A stretch of 32,000 bases of DNA, from NCBI RefSeq assembly GCF_000011805.1, contig NC_006840.2, one strand, 5' to 3'. Position numbers and translations under genes: made by a program. Source of the stretch: Aliivibrio fischeri ES114 (GTDB lineage: Bacteria > Pseudomonadota > Gammaproteobacteria > Enterobacterales > Vibrionaceae). Positions 28,648-32,000 of this stretch are shown one piece after another. Under the pieces are notes generated by a model, which had not been told where the DNA came from, made no database searches, and was given only the letters and a program-made list of their open reading frames with translations. How positions within the stretch are numbered: position 1 is the first letter of the stretch; each line of letters opens with the position of its first letter.

Positions 28648-29337
28648 ATGAAACCAGCAATAAGAAAATCAAAAATAATTACGACGGACGATATCCTATT
28701 AACCTTATGTCGCTCAATGTCAGGAGTGTTAAGTAAAGCTACTCAAAGCTCTGTGACATACTCAGCAATGGTACAAAAGATCACTAAAACAAGTTTAAAA
28801 CCAGATTTTGGCTGTTTTGTTTTATTTGATGGTGGTTTTTCTGGCCTTGTTGTAACTAACTTCACTAAAGACGCTGCATTAGAACTATATACAAAATACA
28901 TGCGCAATATGGGCATGCCAGCTGAAGAATTAGCGATTTTACATACTTCTGATGAAGTGGGTGACGTGCTAGGTGAGCTAATGAACCAAATCGTAGGTGA
29001 TTTCACAGGTCAGATCCGTAAAACACTGCAAACGACGATTTCTCAAAACCAACCTAAGATGCTGTCATTAAATAAACAAGTGATCTTATCGGTTGATACT
29101 AACCTAGATCGCCCACAAGCTCGTCGTGTCACCTTCACGACTGAAAATAATCACATTTTCTATCTTGAACTTGCTATGGATAAAACCGAATTTATTCAAT
29201 TAGAAGAATTTGAACAAGAAGATGAATTCGATGCTGACGATCTATTAGACCAACATCGTTCCGCTAAGAAAGAAGAGAAAAAAACAGAGCCTAATCAAGA
29301 TTTCGATGACTCTTTATTTGATGAGTTAGGTATTTAA
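28648..29337 (+). CDS. DUF3334-family, CheX-like protein
   Basis: MKPAIRKSKIITTDDILL...; CheX/CheC-like VGDVLGELMNQIVGDFTGQIRKTL; ATG at 28648 preferred over the track's GTG at 28624. Confidence 0.7.
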   Translation: MKPAIRKSKIITTDDILLTLCRSMSGVLSKATQSSVTYSAMVQKITKTSLKPDFGCFVLFDGGFSGLVVTNFTKDAALELYTKYMRNMGMPAEELAILHTSDEVGDVLGELMNQIVGDFTGQIRKTLQTTISQNQPKMLSLNKQVILSVDTNLDRPQARRVTFTTENNHIFYLELAMDKTEFIQLEEFEQEDEFDADDLLDQHRSAKKEEKKTEPNQDFDDSLFDELGI

Positions 29338-29371
29338 TACCAACCTACATAAACATTTCATCCTTCCAAAT

Positions 29372-29408
29372 AAAAAAACAGCCAATAATTAATATTGGCT
29401 GTTTTTTT
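29372..29408. terminator. Bidirectional intrinsic terminator
   Basis: aaaaaaacagccaat-aattaat-attggctgttttttt. Confidence 0.85.
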
Positions 29409-29433
29409 ATTTAAAATACGAAACTATATGCTT

Positions 29434-30495
29434 CTAGTAATACTGAAACATCTTTTGAATTTCTTTGTAGTTTTCCGTTTCAGTTAACGACAACATCAAT
29501 AAAATTCGAGCTTTTTGAGGGTTTAATGTACCCGACGCAACAAAACCGTATTTCGCATCATCTATTTCAGCATCAAGCGTTGTTGAACCTGAACCAGTGC
29601 GAGCACTACGTACAACCACCACCCCTTCTTTGCTTGCTTTAGCTAACTCATCAAATACCGAGTGATAAATATTACCATTACCTACACCCGCACTCACGAT
29701 ACCATCATATTTTGCATCAACCATTGCTGTTACAGGTAATGCTGATGCATTCGCATAGTTGTACACAATACCAACCTTAGGTAAGGTTTTTAACTTTGAT
29801 ACATCAAATTCAGCTTCAGTTGTATGCTTACGTTCAGGGCTACGTTGATATTGAACATCACCATTGTGAATATAGCCTAGAGGCCCAAAATTTGGTGACT
29901 GAAACGTATTTACAGACGTTGTATTGGTTTTGGTTACATCACGAGCATCAAATACCGTATCATTCATTGCAACCAATACACCACGCCCTACAGAATCTTC
30001 ATCCGTTGCCGCAACAACCGCATTATATAAATTGACCGGACCATCGGCACTCATTGCTGTTGATGGTCGCATTGCACCAACCAAAATTACAGGTTTATCA
30101 CTTTTAACAGTAAGGTCTAGGAAATAAGCAGTTTCTTCCATCGTATCTGTGCCATGAGTAATCACAACACCATCAACATCATCTTGAGCTAATAATTCAT
30201 TTACACGCTTTGATAATGTTAGCCATACCTCATCATTCATATCTTGAGAACCGATACTTACGACTTGTTCACCACTAATATCCGCAATTTCTGTCATTTG
30301 AGGTACAGCATGAATCAAAGAATCGACTCCAACTTTACCAGATGTATAGCTAGAACCTGTTGCGGATTGACCTGCGCCAGCAATAGTACCGCCAGTCGCT
30401 AAGATTTTAATATTTGGTAAATCATCAGCAAGACTGATTGAGCTAAAGCAAAGACCAGAAAGCAACATACCTACTGCAATGGCATTCTTTTTCAT
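29434..30495 (-). CDS. ansB: Periplasmic type II L-asparaginase
   Basis: 353 aa; signal peptide; ILATGGTIAGAG, VVITHGTDTMEETAYFLDL, VGAMRPSTAMSADGPVNLYNAV, SGTLNPQKARILLMLSL. Confidence 0.94.
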   Translation of the reverse strand: MKKNAIAVGMLLSGLCFSSISLADDLPNIKILATGGTIAGAGQSATGSSYTSGKVGVDSLIHAVPQMTEIADISGEQVVSIGSQDMNDEVWLTLSKRVNELLAQDDVDGVVITHGTDTMEETAYFLDLTVKSDKPVILVGAMRPSTAMSADGPVNLYNAVVAATDEDSVGRGVLVAMNDTVFDARDVTKTNTTSVNTFQSPNFGPLGYIHNGDVQYQRSPERKHTTEAEFDVSKLKTLPKVGIVYNYANASALPVTAMVDAKYDGIVSAGVGNGNIYHSVFDELAKASKEGVVVVRSARTGSGSTTLDAEIDDAKYGFVASGTLNPQKARILLMLSLTETENYKEIQKMFQYY

Positions 30496-30560
30496 GTTAG
30501 TACTCCATTATAAAAACAATTAATTACGAGAAAATAAAATTACATATTTTGATTTAATTC

Positions 30561-30602
30561 ATCATATTTGCTTTTAATTAATGTACCGTGATAACAATCA
30601 CA
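30561..30602 (-). promoter_or_regulatory. CRP-binding site and -10 element upstream of ansB
   Basis: Minus-strand TGTGA-TTGTTA-TCACG (30602-30587), 9/10 to the TGTGA-N6-TCACA consensus; TATGAT (30566-30561) implies a site centred near -41. Confidence 0.7.
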
Positions 30603-30833
30603 ACTATCATATCCACACAGAACAATATTAGATTTAATTTTTGAAAATCAACAATTTACAAACATAATAAACCACAAACCACACATTCAGAAACATGGTA
30701 ATTACATAGTGATCTGCATCATTAAAATACACATTAACGCCTGAACTTTCCTACTCATCATTTCACTCTATTTCTTTCAAAACCTAGCAGAGAAAGGTAG
30801 AATATCGCCCCCGAAAAAAAGAAAGGTAAAGTC

Positions 30834-31523
30834 ATGTCATCAACAAAGCAAAAGGCCCTTAAAAAGATAGCTAAATGTCTTGAGCTCGGTAATTCAGCAA
30901 ATGTGAATGAAGCCGCTCAAGCCATAAAAATGGCTCATCGCCTTATGCTTAAGTATGGCCTTGAAAAAGATGACATCGAATTTATCAAGATGGGTAAGAC
31001 ACAAAGTATCCATCTGCTTCCTGCTAATGTAGGCAGTAATATATTAAAAATCATCCGTGGTATTAATACCCGCTTTGGTGTCGAAGCCGTATTACTTAAT
31101 CATAAAGGCTTAAAGAAAGTTGAATTCATCGGTTCGGCAGATCGTGCTATTTTTGCAGCTTTCGCATTTGACATTGTTTATCGTGAAATGAATGAACAAA
31201 CGGGACAATTTAAAAACAGCTTTGCAGGAACGGGCACAGGACAGTTAGAAGTCACTAAACGTGTAAATTCATTTTTAGCAGGCTGGATTGAGGGTGCATT
31301 AGAAAAATTACCTGTGATCGCCCCTGATGAAGACTCAGCAAACAAAATTAATGACTACATTGATAAAGAATTCAAAAATATAGACCGCGAAACCTTTAAA
31401 CAGCAATTAAAAGAGGCAATGGCTAATATTACTGCTGATTACGAAAAAGGTTTAAAGAAAGGTCGAACTATTTCAGTTAACCGCCCTGTCGCAGGTGCGC
31501 AAGCGCCAAAACTTCTGAAGTAA
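30834..31523 (+). CDS. DUF2786 domain-containing protein
   Basis: 229 aa; KALKKIAKCLELGNSANVNEAAQAIKMAHRLMLKYGL signature of DUF2786. Confidence 0.8.
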   Translation: MSSTKQKALKKIAKCLELGNSANVNEAAQAIKMAHRLMLKYGLEKDDIEFIKMGKTQSIHLLPANVGSNILKIIRGINTRFGVEAVLLNHKGLKKVEFIGSADRAIFAAFAFDIVYREMNEQTGQFKNSFAGTGTGQLEVTKRVNSFLAGWIEGALEKLPVIAPDEDSANKINDYIDKEFKNIDRETFKQQLKEAMANITADYEKGLKKGRTISVNRPVAGAQAPKLLK

Positions 31524-31561
31524 TACTTTGGTAGCATGTTTGTTAAAAAATTGATGTTACT

Positions 31562-31575
31562 TTGATTTAAATCAA
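31562..31575 (+). promoter_or_regulatory. Perfect FNR-type box
   Basis: TTGAT-TTAA-ATCAA exact palindrome, about 62 nt upstream of the ATG at 31637. Confidence 0.7.
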
Positions 31576-31636
31576 ACGAATGCTCTAGATTGCACGATAC
31601 CTTTAAGTTGTTAAACAAATGTTGCAAGGAGCAATT

Positions 31637-31819
31637 ATGACATTACTAAGAAACCCAAAATGCTATACGGATGTGTGTATTGATGGAAAGTGGTACCACT
31701 ATGATCACTGTGGTACCCAAGTTTATATGCTAAAAGGCGGAGCTGAAGCGTTTTTTGAATTAGATTCAGAGCCCGTAACTGAAAATGAATTAATTGAACA
31801 AATTAAGCAGTTTGGCTAA
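31637..31819 (+). CDS. 60-aa Cys/His-rich small protein of unknown function
   Basis: MTLLRNPKCYTDVCIDGKWYHYDHCGTQVYML...; strong AAGGAG RBS just upstream favours ATG 31637 over the track's 31619 start. Confidence 0.65.
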   Translation: MTLLRNPKCYTDVCIDGKWYHYDHCGTQVYMLKGGAEAFFELDSEPVTENELIEQIKQFG

Positions 31820-32000
31820 TTTTCAAATTAATCGCATCATGGCAACAACGAATTGTCTGTAATAGAAAAGGAGTCTGACTTTTGTTACAGGCAACTTGAT
31901 TGATCGATAACAACATACTTCCAGAACTTAAATTCAACGCATCAGATTCGAGCTGAGATGCAGGAATAATCCCTACCTCTATCTCATGTTTTTCCGAATC
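31803..32000 (-). CDS. Partial CDS (C-terminus, runs off right edge); possibly a UTRA/GntR-type regulator
   Basis: Open minus-strand frame ...DSEKHEIEVGIIPASQLESDALNLSSGSMLLSINQVACNKSQTPFLLQTIRCCHDAINLKISQTA*, no internal stop. Confidence 0.5.
   Translation of the reverse strand, partial: DSEKHEIEVGIIPASQLESDALNLSSGSMLLSINQVACNKSQTPFLLQTIRCCHDAINLKISQTA

Noticed and set aside
1-32000. Genomic island, prophage or transposon
   Set aside because: No integrase, transposase, tRNA junction or long flanking direct repeats seen; gene content looks like core chromosome.

Overview
AT-rich window that looks like a Vibrionaceae chromosome (probably Aliivibrio/Vibrio; inferred from protein resemblance, no search run). 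Most of it is ordinary housekeeping and metabolism: a dcuC-type carrier and iadA isoaspartyl dipeptidase with a divergent LysR gene, a periplasmic 5'-nucleotidase, tpm, tcyP, a DEDDh exonuclease, a CHASE-GGDEF protein, udp, zntA, a CBS protein, ydiJ, a DUF3334/CheX-like protein, ansB and a DUF2786 protein. I saw no tRNA/rRNA, transposase, integrase, prophage or CRISPR array. The best candidate for an under-described system is 11728-17185: a membrane-anchored DUF2760 protein with an E/K/V repeat stalk, translationally coupled to a lid-less Hsp70-like ATPase, followed by a second 938-aa Hsp70 with a DUF3731-type C-terminal extension. No J-protein or GrpE is present nearby, and a sigma32-like promoter candidate lies upstream. 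A second candidate is an orphan VC1899/DUF1887-like (Card1/Can2-related) CARF-nuclease protein at 18402-19553 with no CRISPR locus. Features absent from the ORF track include a partial LapA-type retention-module ORF at the left edge, a partial ORF at the right edge, a 26-aa small ORF at 9198-9278, a MerR-family (ZntR-type) promoter for zntA with a 20-bp spacer, a CRP site for ansB, and a perfect FNR palindrome upstream of a 60-aa Cys/His-rich protein.
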